From the NCBI GenBank assembly GCA_003245525.1, contig QKCY01000500.1:1-55686 (forward strand): a DNA stretch of 55,686 nucleotides. Reading direction: 5' to 3'. A program made the position numbers and the translations under genes. The notes beneath the pieces were generated by a model that saw only the letters and a list, made by a program, of their open reading frames with translations, was not told where the DNA came from and did no database searches. The stretch is from Victivallales bacterium. GTDB lineage: Bacteria > Verrucomicrobiota > Lentisphaeria > Oligosphaerales > Lenti-02. Below are positions 28,136 through 38,567 of the stretch, piece by piece; the stretch's first letter is position 1; each line of letters begins with the position of its first letter.

Positions 28136-30105
28136 TTGTGTGCCATCCTCCGGCGTTTGGCGAAAGCGAGGGCGAGGCCTGCTGCGGCCACGAGGGCCGG
28201 CATTGCCCAGATGTTCAGGACCATGAGGCGCTTCTCCAGCGAATCGACATCGTGCCGGTACTCCTTGCTGAGTTCCTTCCGGCGCTTCTCGAAGGCCTCG
28301 ACCTTCTTCTTCAGGTTCGCGCGCTCCTCGCGCTGTTCGGGGGAGAGGTACCAGGACTGGTTCTGCCCGGGCTGCTTCTTCTCGTCGAGTTTCTGCAGCC
28401 GTTCGTTGGCCGCCTTCTGCTCTTCGACCACCTCGTCCAGGGCCGCCCGCAGCTTGCCGTTGGCATCGGCCAGCATCTTGTCGATGCGCTCGAAGGGCCG
28501 CTTCTTGATGCCCCGGCTACGCAGGGAGATCAGGTTGTTGTCGCCGGCCAGCCATTCCAGCAGGTTCATCAGGAGGTTGGCGTTGTCGTTGCGCGGCTGG
28601 TAGAAGAGGGGTTGCCGTCCCATGCCGCCCCCGACTCCCACGAAGGCGAAGTCGTTCGCGAGCATGTCCGCATCGCCGAAGAGGACCACGATGCCGTTCT
28701 GCTCGGACTTCTTGAGTCCCGTGTCCGCCGCCGGAGCATCCTTCTTCTCGTCGTCGGCCGGTTTGGCGGCCGCGTCCTCGCCGGGGGCACCGGCGGGGAA
28801 GGCGGTGGCGAAGGTGCCTTCGAGGCGGAGGCCAAGGACATGCTGGGTTTCGTCGGTCTTGAGGCTGTCGAGCAACCGCCGACCGCTTGCCGGATCCAGG
28901 TTCATGGCCTGGAACTTCTCCACGAAGCCTGCCTTGTCGGAGGAGAGGAGGAGCTTGGTCCGGGTCAGCCCGGTCTCGCCCTGGAAGGTGAAGGCGCCGC
29001 CGTTCACGTACCAGATGTCGTCGAGTTGGGAGACGGAGATGTCATCCTTGTCGACGGCGTCCCGGCCCAGGGAGAGGACGGTGGGGAAGACCTGTTCGGG
29101 CTGGCCGGGCTGGCCGGGCGACTGGAGCATGTACTGGGTGTCGGCGATCACGCCGGGCTCGTCGCCTTCCTTCTCGAAGGCCACGCCCCAGGCGGGCAGC
29201 AGGGGGCCGAGATCGGAGGGGCCGGTGGGGGGGCGCATGCCCATCATCTGGGGCGGTTGCGCCATCTGCTCGGCGAAGCTCATCGGATCGAGGAAGCCCA
29301 GAATCCGGCCGCCGCGCAGGAGATACTGGTCGATGGCGTAGAGGGTCTTCTCGGGGAGGTCCTTCGGGTGGATCAGGAGCAGGATGCTGATCTCGCTGCC
29401 GATCGTCTCGATGTCCTTGGGCAGTTCCTCGACCTCGTAGTCCTGCTCCATGATCTGGGCGACCAGCCACGGGGGCGTCTGCCCCTGGCCCTGCATGGCC
29501 ATCATCGGGTTCTGCTGGCCCGAGCCCATGACCGGGAGGGTGCTGATGATGCCGACCCGCGGCTTGTCGGTGTGGAACACCCGGTAGATGGCGCGGGTGA
29601 TGTCGTACTCCAGCATGTCCTCGCGCGAGGGCGAGAGGTTGTTGATGGTCTGGGTCTCGTCGAGGCACTTCACGGCGATGCCGAAATAGAAGGGCAGGCC
29701 GTTCGCGTTCATCGGCTCGATGTTGTCCACCCGGGCCGCGTCCTCCGCATCGGAGTCGGGCGTCGGATTGTACTTGCGGACCACCACCATGCCCTTGCCG
29801 TAGTGCTCGTACTCCTTCAGCAGGTCCTCGACCCGGCGGGCATAGTTCTTGATGTCCATGGACAGCTCGGCCAGGTCGCGCGAGTAGTAGAAGTTGACGG
29901 TAATCTGGCTGTCGACCTTGGCCAGGATATCGCGCGTCCCCTTGGACAGGGTGTGCAGATTCTCCTCGGTGCAGTCCACCCGCAGGCTGGTCATGCCGAC
30001 AATCAGGTTCAGCGCGACCAGGAGGGCGGCCATGACGACCAGGCCCATGGTCGAGAAGAGGTAGGTGCTCAGGGCGTTGTTTTTGTTTTTCATCGTATCT
30101 GGCAT
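28132..30105 (-). CDS. GldG-like ABC-transporter auxiliary component
   Basis: N-terminal TM helix, the pattern VDCTEENLHTLSKGTRDIL..ITVNFYYSRD, a C-terminal coiled coil and a terminal TM helix. ATG 30093 (MKNKNN), with AGAGGA 11 nt upstream, is the more likely true start. Confidence 0.8.
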   Translation of the reverse strand: MPDTMKNKNNALSTYLFSTMGLVVMAALLVALNLIVGMTSLRVDCTEENLHTLSKGTRDILAKVDSQITVNFYYSRDLAELSMDIKNYARRVEDLLKEYEHYGKGMVVVRKYNPTPDSDAEDAARVDNIEPMNANGLPFYFGIAVKCLDETQTINNLSPSREDMLEYDITRAIYRVFHTDKPRVGIISTLPVMGSGQQNPMMAMQGQGQTPPWLVAQIMEQDYEVEELPKDIETIGSEISILLLIHPKDLPEKTLYAIDQYLLRGGRILGFLDPMSFAEQMAQPPQMMGMRPPTGPSDLGPLLPAWGVAFEKEGDEPGVIADTQYMLQSPGQPGQPEQVFPTVLSLGRDAVDKDDISVSQLDDIWYVNGGAFTFQGETGLTRTKLLLSSDKAGFVEKFQAMNLDPASGRRLLDSLKTDETQHVLGLRLEGTFATAFPAGAPGEDAAAKPADDEKKDAPAADTGLKKSEQNGIVVLFGDADMLANDFAFVGVGGGMGRQPLFYQPRNDNANLLMNLLEWLAGDNNLISLRSRGIKKRPFERIDKMLADANGKLRAALDEVVEEQKAANERLQKLDEKKQPGQNQSWYLSPEQREERANLKKKVEAFEKRRKELSKEYRHDVDSLEKRLMVLNIWAMPALVAAAGLALAFAKRRRMAHK

Positions 30106-30121
30106 CCTCTGCTATGCAGCC

Positions 30122-30868
30122 CTAGGCACTGCGACGGCTCTTGAGAATGACGCCGGTGCCGAACAGTGCAAACACCATGACACTGGCGAAATAGAGCAGG
30201 TCGCGGACATCGATCAGGCCGCGCTGCAGATTGTCGAAGTGGGTCATCACGCTGAACCCGGAGGCGGCTTCCACCAGCCAGTTCCAGGGGGCCCATTCGA
30301 GGATGAGATTGGTGATCGGCGGCCAGCCCGCGAGGATGAGGAGCAGGCAGATCACCACCGAGACGATGAAGCTGATGACCTGGTTCCGGGTCATGGCCGA
30401 GGTCATGCTCGTGATGGCCAGGAAGGTGCCCGCCGTGAGGAAGCTGCCCAGGTAGCCGCAGCGCATCACGCCCCAGTCCGGCGCGCCCAGGTACTCGACC
30501 GTCCCCACGATCGGCGTGGTGAGGAGCAGGGCGATGCCGAGGAACAGCCAGCCCGCGAGGAACTTGCCCAGAATCGCCTGGGTGGGGGAGATCGGCATGG
30601 TGAAGAGCAGCTCGAAGGTGCCCGAACGCCGTTCCTCGGCCCACAGCCGCATGCCCGCCGCCGGGACCAGGAACAGGTAGAGCCACGGATGCCACATCAG
30701 GAACGGAGCCAGGCTCGACTCGCCGCGCGGGAAGAACTGCCCCAGCATGAAGGTGAAAGAGCCGCTGAGCAGCAGGAAGATGATGATGAAGACGTAGGCC
30801 ACCGGCGACGCGAAGTAGCTGGCCAGCTCCCGTTTGGTGAGGGTCCAGGTGTTTCTGCAGGATCTCAT
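30122..30868 (-). CDS. ABC-2 type permease (GldF-like)
   Basis: 248 aa and 6 TM helices. Contains KRELASYFASPVAYVFI and EERRSGTFELLFTMPIS, typical of ABC-2/GldF permeases. ATGA overlap with the ATPase stop. Confidence 0.8.
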   Translation of the reverse strand: MRSCRNTWTLTKRELASYFASPVAYVFIIIFLLLSGSFTFMLGQFFPRGESSLAPFLMWHPWLYLFLVPAAGMRLWAEERRSGTFELLFTMPISPTQAILGKFLAGWLFLGIALLLTTPIVGTVEYLGAPDWGVMRCGYLGSFLTAGTFLAITSMTSAMTRNQVISFIVSVVICLLLILAGWPPITNLILEWAPWNWLVEAASGFSVMTHFDNLQRGLIDVRDLLYFASVMVFALFGTGVILKSRRSA

Positions 30869-31809
30869 TGCGCGACCTCCGCGACCGTGTCCGAAATGGT
30901 GATCTCACGGAAGACATCGTCCAGCCGGCCGGTTTCGACCGCCAGTTCACCGAGCTTCCAGCCCGCCCCTACGACCACCTGGGCAATCAGGGACGGATCG
31001 GGCTTGCCGGCCAGCCGGCAGAGCACGCCTGCCGTCTCGTCCAGCACGTCCACTCCCTTCACCCCGTCCGCCTGTCTGAGCCTGGCCACCACGTCCTGGG
31101 TGGGCACGCCCAGCACCCGCACCCGCAGATTGCCGGCCGTGCGGGACTTGGATTTGAGCTCGCCGGGGGTGCCGTTGAACACCAGCTTGCCCCGGTCGAC
31201 GATGATCACCCGGGTGCAGATGGCCTCCACCTCTTCCAGGATGTGGGTGGAGACGATGATCGCCTTCTCCTTGCCCATCTCCTTGATCAGTTCGCGCATC
31301 TCGTACTTCTGGTTCGGGTCCAGGCCGTCGGTGGGCTCGTCGAGGATGAGGACCGGCGGATCGTGCAGGATGGCTTGGGCGAAGCAGGTCCGGTGCAGGT
31401 AGCCCTTGGAGAGGGTGTCCACCATCTGGTGGCGGACCCGTTCGAGGAAGCAGGTGCGGATCGCCCGTTCGACGGCCTCGGCCCGGGCCACGCCACGGAG
31501 CCCGCGGAGCTCGGCCGCGAACTTCAGGAAGCCTTCCACCGTCATTTCCGGATAGGCGGGCGCGTTCTCGGGCAGATACCCGATCAGGGCCTTGGCCTCA
31601 AGCGGGTCGTCGTCGATATCGAAGCCTCCCACCTTGACGGTCCCCCCGGAGGCGGGGATGAATCCGGTGATGACTCGCATGGTCGTCGACTTGCCTGCAC
31701 CGTTCGGCCCGAGGAAGCCCAGCACTTCCCCGCGCTCGACCTGGAACGATACGTCGTCGACGGCAAGCAACGGGCCAAACCACTTGGTGACGTTTTCAGC
31801 CGTTATCAT
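30865..31809 (-). CDS. ABC transporter ATP-binding protein (GldA-like)
   Basis: Walker A GPNGAGKSTT, signature-like LSKGYLHR and Walker B LILDEPTDGLD. Start re-placed at ATG 31809 (MITAENV), with AGAGGAG upstream. Confidence 0.85.
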   Translation of the reverse strand: MITAENVTKWFGPLLAVDDVSFQVERGEVLGFLGPNGAGKSTTMRVITGFIPASGGTVKVGGFDIDDDPLEAKALIGYLPENAPAYPEMTVEGFLKFAAELRGLRGVARAEAVERAIRTCFLERVRHQMVDTLSKGYLHRTCFAQAILHDPPVLILDEPTDGLDPNQKYEMRELIKEMGKEKAIIVSTHILEEVEAICTRVIIVDRGKLVFNGTPGELKSKSRTAGNLRVRVLGVPTQDVVARLRQADGVKGVDVLDETAGVLCRLAGKPDPSLIAQVVVGAGWKLGELAVETGRLDDVFREITISDTVAEVAQ

Positions 31810-32153
31810 GCCTTCTGCTGCTCCTCTGTTGTTCGCCTTGGCCGCCAGGCTGGTCCTGGACAACCCGTGAGCACCGGGGAGGACAGGTCGCGTGCCAGGG
31901 CTGGAGAACAAGCCACCGGCTGCCCGGACTCCGGCGATCCAGGCCTGCGAACTCTGTTCCTCGAAATCGGGACAAGAAACCAAAGGGACACCCGCTCAAC
32001 GACCGGGTTCCTTGCTGACACCGAAAAAACCCATCAACCTACAAGCCCTGCGCCAGCCACGGGGCGCATACTCTGTCGTGGCCCGGCCCGCAACGCAAGC
32101 CGCCGTCGCCAGTTTTGGCCGCAGTGATCCCCCCAACCACCTGTCTGCCTTGC

Positions 32154-33161
<1,008 letters not shown>

Positions 33162-33227
33162 GGGGCGGTTCTCCGGAGATCGCGTGAAGAGCGGAAGTTT
33201 AGGCCGGGGAGGCCCCGAAAGCAAGTG

Positions 33228-35396
33228 CTAGCCCCCGCCGGGAGCGACCCGCAGCAGGAAAGGGGCGCTCTGGCGGGGGAGCCGCAGCGTGCCTTCCGGT
33301 TGGCGGATATCCATCTCGCCGGTTCCCCGTAGGGAGAAACCGGCAATCGGCGATGGTCCCTTGGCGATGGTGACCTGTTGTTCGTCCACGCGCCCGACCG
33401 CCTCCACCTGGAGGGCCCCCAGGCGGACAGTGGGCAGTTTGCGGACCCGGCCACCCCGGGCTTCCTGGCAGGCCACGGCCTCGCGCAGGCTGGCCGAACG
33501 CCCGTAGGTGGCGGGCACCACCAACGTGCCCACCGGCCAGCGGGCCAGGATCTCGTCGGCGCCGCCTGCGGTGTCCCAGCCGCCGCTGGTCAGCACCAGC
33601 CCTTCCAGGCAAGGGGTTCCGATCTGCTCCAACTCGGCGGCCAAACGCCGCGCGCCCGTCGGTCCGCCGGTATTCACCGCCACCGGCGGCAGGCCGGGTT
33701 GGTGGACCAGGACTGCCGGTGCCGCCGCTTCTGTTCCGGCCAGGATCACGTCTCTGCTGCCCCGGCATTGGGCCAGGAAGGTGGGCAGGAAGAGCACCCC
33801 CAGCGCTCCCGCCAGCACGAGCCCCCGGCGCGCCTGTCGCCGCCGCAGCGCCACGAACACCAATCCGTAGTAGGCCAGGACCAACAGGGGTGGCACCGGG
33901 CAGATCCGCCAACTGCCCGCGCCCCCGCCGAGTCCGGCCAGGGAGCGGAGACTCCGGGCCAGCCAACCAAGCAGGAACCCCAGGACTTGCTCGCCGATGC
34001 CGCCGCCAAGCAGGGAGACCAGCGTCTTCACCGCCGCCCCGCCGATGATCAGCGTGGCCAGGCCCATCACTCCGATGTTCAGGAGAATGCCGGCCGGCAC
34101 GAAGAGTCCGTTGGCGGTCGCCATCATGCCAGCGCTGCCGAACCAGGCCAAGCCAGATCCCGCCAGCCACCGGGCGGGGCGTAGCCGCCAGCGTTCGAGG
34201 CGGTGCAGGCGCTGGCTCGGGGGCGACCACCAGACCCGTTCGCCAAGGGTGGCCACCAGCCGGGAAACCAGCGGCCAGCCCATGATCAGCGCGAGCACCA
34301 CGACAAAGGAGAAGAGGAATCCCGTCTCCAGCAAGGCCAGCGGGTGCCAGAGCAAGGCCAGAACCCCCGCCGCCGCCACCGCGTTGGTCGGGATCGGCGG
34401 CCGCTGCGCCATCCGCGCCACCCACCAGCACGAGAGCATCAGCCACGACCGCACGGCGGAAGGCGCGGCCCCGCACATGAAGACGTAGCCCCCCACCACC
34501 GGGACCAGCACCAGGCAGCGTCCGCGCAGAGGAACCCCGAACACCATGAGGAGCGAGTTCCCCAACAGCGCCACAATCCCCACGTGCAGGCCGGAGATGG
34601 CGAACACATGGATCGTGCCGCTGGCCAGGAAATCGGTCCGGGTATCGTCCGGCAGCCGTTGCCGGTAGCCGAGGGCCATCGCCTGGACGACGGCTTGGTC
34701 GACGGCATCCGGGATGCCCTGGCCCAAGGCCCGGGCCAGGCGGGCCCGTAACCGGTAGCCAAGACCGATTGCCGCCCGCCAGCCCGCAGGCGGAGAAACG
34801 GTGATGGCGTCCGCTTCGACGAGGTCCACGATGCCCCGTTTCCAGAGGAACCGCGAGTAGTCGAAGAGGCATCCTGGCGCCGCCGTCCCCGGTGGATGCA
34901 GGGTTCCCGACACCTCCATGCCCGCCCCGTACGGAGGCATGTCTGTCCCGGTCGGTAGCCGCACCACCACAACTCCATGACAGGGCCGCCAGGTCGCGTC
35001 CGCCCATGTCCGCAACGCCGTGAGCCGGTACTCCACCTGAGTGCCGGTATCCCCTTCCGCCGCCGGGGTGACCACGTGGCCGTGGAGCCACACATGGCAG
35101 ACGGTGCGGGGCAGGTGCCGGGAATAGGTGCGCCATGGCGCGGCCAGATGCAGCGCGGCCAAGCCTGCTCCCAGTGGGAGAAAGAGCAGGAACCAACGGT
35201 AGCGGACCGGGCGCAGGACGGCCAGCAGGGCCAGCCCGCCAAGCACCGCCAGGAGACGGACTCCCGGCAGGCCGCTCCGGGGCCCGAGCGCCAGCAGGAT
35301 GCCGAGGATCAGCCAACCAGCCGCAACCGCTGCCGGATAGACCGCGAGGTCCAGGGTCGGCAGTCGCCGGCGCCACTCGTCCAGCCGGGTCCGCAC
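33228..35396 (-). CDS. comEC: ComEC/Rec2-family DNA internalisation channel protein
   Basis: Polytopic. Competence-domain signature SGTIHVFAISGLHVGIV. The C-terminal beta-lactamase-like region has a degenerate metal motif (LVLTSGGWDTAGG). GTG start at 35396. Confidence 0.8.
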   Translation of the reverse strand: MRTRLDEWRRRLPTLDLAVYPAAVAAGWLILGILLALGPRSGLPGVRLLAVLGGLALLAVLRPVRYRWFLLFLPLGAGLAALHLAAPWRTYSRHLPRTVCHVWLHGHVVTPAAEGDTGTQVEYRLTALRTWADATWRPCHGVVVVRLPTGTDMPPYGAGMEVSGTLHPPGTAAPGCLFDYSRFLWKRGIVDLVEADAITVSPPAGWRAAIGLGYRLRARLARALGQGIPDAVDQAVVQAMALGYRQRLPDDTRTDFLASGTIHVFAISGLHVGIVALLGNSLLMVFGVPLRGRCLVLVPVVGGYVFMCGAAPSAVRSWLMLSCWWVARMAQRPPIPTNAVAAAGVLALLWHPLALLETGFLFSFVVVLALIMGWPLVSRLVATLGERVWWSPPSQRLHRLERWRLRPARWLAGSGLAWFGSAGMMATANGLFVPAGILLNIGVMGLATLIIGGAAVKTLVSLLGGGIGEQVLGFLLGWLARSLRSLAGLGGGAGSWRICPVPPLLVLAYYGLVFVALRRRQARRGLVLAGALGVLFLPTFLAQCRGSRDVILAGTEAAAPAVLVHQPGLPPVAVNTGGPTGARRLAAELEQIGTPCLEGLVLTSGGWDTAGGADEILARWPVGTLVVPATYGRSASLREAVACQEARGGRVRKLPTVRLGALQVEAVGRVDEQQVTIAKGPSPIAGFSLRGTGEMDIRQPEGTLRLPRQSAPFLLRVAPGGG

Positions 35397-35423
35397 GGTC
35401 CTCTCCTCGTTCCTTCCCCCCTG

Positions 35424-37547
35424 TTACTGGTTGGCCGGAGCCGCTGGCGCGCCGAAGACCGGGCGGCATTCGCGCAGCACCAACCGGTCGCCCACGAACC
35501 CCTGGACCTTGCCCTTGATGGTCAGCGGGGTTTTCCCCGTCTCGACCAGAGCGTTCAGCTTGTCCCGTTCCACGCCGAACACCTCCCGGTCGAACTCGCA
35601 GCGGATGCGCCGCCCGAACATCACCACCCCGTCCAGGCCGTCGCGCCGCAGCGAGGACGGCTGGCCGGTGATCTGGAGGGTGGCACCGTTGTAGTGTTGC
35701 AGGAAGGTGGTCTTCGAGACGGACTCGATCCGCCGGGTCAACTCGTCGGCCGGAATCTCGACAAGCCGGTCCTTGGGGGCCGGCTTCTCTTCCCCGGCCT
35801 CGGCGGCGGGCTTGGTGCCCGGCTCGGCCTCGTCGCCCCAACCGGCGGCCGGGGCTTCCCCTTCCTTGGCGGTCTCGGCACCCTCCTTGACAGCGGCAGG
35901 TTCGGGGGCGACGACCCGCTGGAAGGCCTCGTGGGCCTCGTCCTCGTTCAACGGGCGCTCCGCCCGTATCCGGGGCTTCAGATAGCGGATCATGTCCTTG
36001 GCCAGCGGCGACTGCGCCAGCACGACATCGCCTTGCTCGTTGCGCTCCATGAGCATCCCGGACTTGGTCTCGCCATCCACCAGAGTCAACTGGGTGTCGG
36101 GCACCCAGAGCCGAAGATTCTGCTTGAGCGTTTCGCCGGTGGCGACCGTCAGCTTGCGGGCGAGGTTGGCGCCGCAGGAATGTTCGACCCGGAGGGCGCG
36201 TTCGCCGACCAGCAGGTTGGGGATGCTCAGCCGTCCCACGCTACCCGGTCCCGCCTGCTCGCTCACCGTGATGCCCATGAGCTGGCCATCGACCAGCACC
36301 TGGCAGCCAGGCGGCACGGTCTCGACCTCCAGACTGCCCAGCTCGGGCTTCATGTTCACGTTCAGTTGCTCGCCGCGGACACTGCTGACGGTCACCTTCT
36401 CGCGGCGGGGAGCGCAACCCACCATGGCCAGCGTGAGCGTCATCTCCCCGGCGGGAAGATCCTGGAGCAGAATGGGTGCCGTTCCCAGCCACTGGCTGCC
36501 GTGCCAGACCGAGACGCCAGGGGGATCCGAGGTGACGTACAGGGTGTTGGGCCGCTGGCGCAGCACGTAGGGGGTGGAGGCGATCACGTCGGGCACGTGG
36601 ATCAACCGCTGCTGCTCCTGATAGCCCGCCAGTTGGAGGGAGATCCGGTGGCGTCCCATGCTCAACCCCGAGACGAGCAGGGGAGTGACCCCCTTCTCCT
36701 CGTCGTCGATCAGCACGGTGGCTCCTTCGGGAGTGCTGCGGACCAGCACCATCTCCGAGGTGCCCGCGCCTCCGGGAGCCGGAACGGCGGGAGGCGCCGC
36801 CACCGTGTCGGCGGGCGCGTCGGGTGCCGCCGCCGCGGGTTCCGCCATTTCCTCTACCGGTGCCGCCACCGGGGCATCGGGAACTGCCGCAGGATTGGTC
36901 GCGGCCAACGCGGCCTCCTTCTTCAGGAGATCGTCGAGCTCGCTATCGCTCAATGCCGGTCCGGCGGCTTCCGGCTGTTCGGTCGTCGCTTCGGCCACCG
37001 GCGTTGCGTCGGCGTCCGCCGGGGGCTTGCTTCCAGGCCCGGAGAACAGGAGGAAGACCAAGACCGCGATCAGGAGGCACATGGCCGCGAGGAGCGCGAT
37101 ACGCCCCCAGGGCAGAGCGCGCCAGCCGCCGCCGGTGCCCTCTTCCTGGTCCGTGTCCGCGTCCGGCAGCACATAGGCCAGGGGAGGGACAGCGGGTTCG
37201 TCCGGGTCGGGAGGATGCGGCGCGTCCGGCCTGGGCAGGACGGAGACGACCGGTGGTTGGCCATCGAGCTCGACCCGCAGTTCCTGCTCGCACATGGCGA
37301 TGATGTCGCCCGCTCCGAGAATCTCGCTGCCCTCGACCCGCCGACCATTCAGGCGGATGCCGTTCACACTGCCCAGATCCTCGACGGTCCAGCCCGCCGC
37401 CGTCTTCACGATCCGGCAATGGTGGCGGGAAATGCCCTCGTCCTGCAACACCAGATCGTTGTCCTTGCCGCGACCGATAGAGTAGCCCATCGGCTCCGGC
37501 TCGACGACCCGGTTCGCTTCCGACCCCTTGAGTATCCGCAGTTTCAT
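35424..37547 (-). CDS. FHA-domain / single TM / multi-PEGA-domain protein
   Basis: FHA domain: YSIGRGKDNDLVLQDEGISRHHCRIV..VEDLGSVNGIRLNG. TM helix: IALLAAMCLLIAVLVFLLF. There are at least three PEGA-like modules (VRSTPEGATVLIDDEEKGVTP, VTSDPPGVSVWHGSQWLGTAP, VETVPPGCQVLVDGQLMG). Start re-placed at ATG 37547, with GGAG upstream. Confidence 0.8.
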   Translation of the reverse strand: MKLRILKGSEANRVVEPEPMGYSIGRGKDNDLVLQDEGISRHHCRIVKTAAGWTVEDLGSVNGIRLNGRRVEGSEILGAGDIIAMCEQELRVELDGQPPVVSVLPRPDAPHPPDPDEPAVPPLAYVLPDADTDQEEGTGGGWRALPWGRIALLAAMCLLIAVLVFLLFSGPGSKPPADADATPVAEATTEQPEAAGPALSDSELDDLLKKEAALAATNPAAVPDAPVAAPVEEMAEPAAAAPDAPADTVAAPPAVPAPGGAGTSEMVLVRSTPEGATVLIDDEEKGVTPLLVSGLSMGRHRISLQLAGYQEQQRLIHVPDVIASTPYVLRQRPNTLYVTSDPPGVSVWHGSQWLGTAPILLQDLPAGEMTLTLAMVGCAPRREKVTVSSVRGEQLNVNMKPELGSLEVETVPPGCQVLVDGQLMGITVSEQAGPGSVGRLSIPNLLVGERALRVEHSCGANLARKLTVATGETLKQNLRLWVPDTQLTLVDGETKSGMLMERNEQGDVVLAQSPLAKDMIRYLKPRIRAERPLNEDEAHEAFQRVVAPEPAAVKEGAETAKEGEAPAAGWGDEAEPGTKPAAEAGEEKPAPKDRLVEIPADELTRRIESVSKTTFLQHYNGATLQITGQPSSLRRDGLDGVVMFGRRIRCEFDREVFGVERDKLNALVETGKTPLTIKGKVQGFVGDRLVLRECRPVFGAPAAPANQ

Positions 37548-37623
37548 CCGCTCCGCTCCCGCATCTGGATCGGTGGTATCGACAGGGTATGTTGTTCGCT
37601 TTGCCGAACAACCAGACGAAACC

Positions 37624-38541
37624 ATGGCACGCAAGCACGACTACTTCAAGCCGACGGCCCCGCCACCGCAGGTGGATCTGCACTGTCACAGCACCGCTTC
37701 CGACGGCACCCTGACCCCGACCGAGCTGGTCCGGGTGGCGGTGGGATTGCGACTCCGGCTCCTGGGCCTGACCGACCACGACAGCGTGGGCGGCCTGGCC
37801 GAGTTCCTGGCGGCCCCCGCTCCCCCTTCCCTGCTGCGGCTGGGCGGAGTCGAGATATCCTGCGAGGATGGCAGCCGGCGGCTGCATCTGGTCGGGCTGG
37901 GGGTCCGGGCCGACGATCCGGCCCTGCTGGCCACGCTGGCCGAAGTGCGCTCCTGGCGCGAGCAGCGCAACCGGGAGATGGCAACCCGGCTGATCGATCT
38001 GGGGTTGCCCGTGGGCACGGAGGACTTCTCCCGGCTGCTGGCCGAGGTGGACGTGCTCGGGCGGCCCCATCTGGCGGCCCTGCTCGTCGAACGGAAGGTC
38101 TGCCGGACCATGCGGGACGCCTTCAGCCGGTTCCTGGGCCACGGGCGGCCGGGTTACGTGCCCCGCCGGGTCTCGCCGCTCGACGAGGCGATCCGGGTGA
38201 TCCACGGCGCGGGAGGGGTGGCCGTCTGGGGCCACCCGCTGACGGCGGGCAGCGTGACCGTGGCCAAGTTCCAGCGGCTTGCCTGCGACTACGCGGAGCG
38301 GGGGTTGGACGGGGTGGAGGCCTACTACCCCGAGTTCACGCCGCACCAAGTCCGCACCGTCGTCCAAGTGGCCGGGAAGGCAGGCCTGCTGCTGAGCGGC
38401 GGCAGCGACTTCCACGGCGAGCATATCCCGGACATCGCCTTGGGGACCGGCTACGGCGATCTCCATGTGCCCACTACGGTGGTGGCACCGTTGCTGGAAC
38501 GCATTGCGTCCCACGGTGGCGTGGTTCCGACCGAGCTCTAG
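37624..38541 (+). CDS. PHP-domain metal-dependent phosphoesterase (TrpH/YciV-like)
   Basis: Contains VDLHCHSTASDG, LTDHDSV, WGHP and GGSDFHG. Start re-placed at ATG 37624 (MARKHDYF). Confidence 0.8.
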   Translation: MARKHDYFKPTAPPPQVDLHCHSTASDGTLTPTELVRVAVGLRLRLLGLTDHDSVGGLAEFLAAPAPPSLLRLGGVEISCEDGSRRLHLVGLGVRADDPALLATLAEVRSWREQRNREMATRLIDLGLPVGTEDFSRLLAEVDVLGRPHLAALLVERKVCRTMRDAFSRFLGHGRPGYVPRRVSPLDEAIRVIHGAGGVAVWGHPLTAGSVTVAKFQRLACDYAERGLDGVEAYYPEFTPHQVRTVVQVAGKAGLLLSGGSDFHGEHIPDIALGTGYGDLHVPTTVVAPLLERIASHGGVVPTEL

Positions 38542-38567
38542 CCTACTACGACGCCGGGAATCCCCGG

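Noticed and set aside
32019-32030. T6 run on the minus strand downstream of the OppF-type gene, as a possible intrinsic terminator.
   Set aside because: The only nearby stems (GCCACG/CGTGGC with a 15-nt loop, and GCGCC/GGCGC) are short and lie about 20 nt or more from the T run. This is not a convincing rho-independent terminator.
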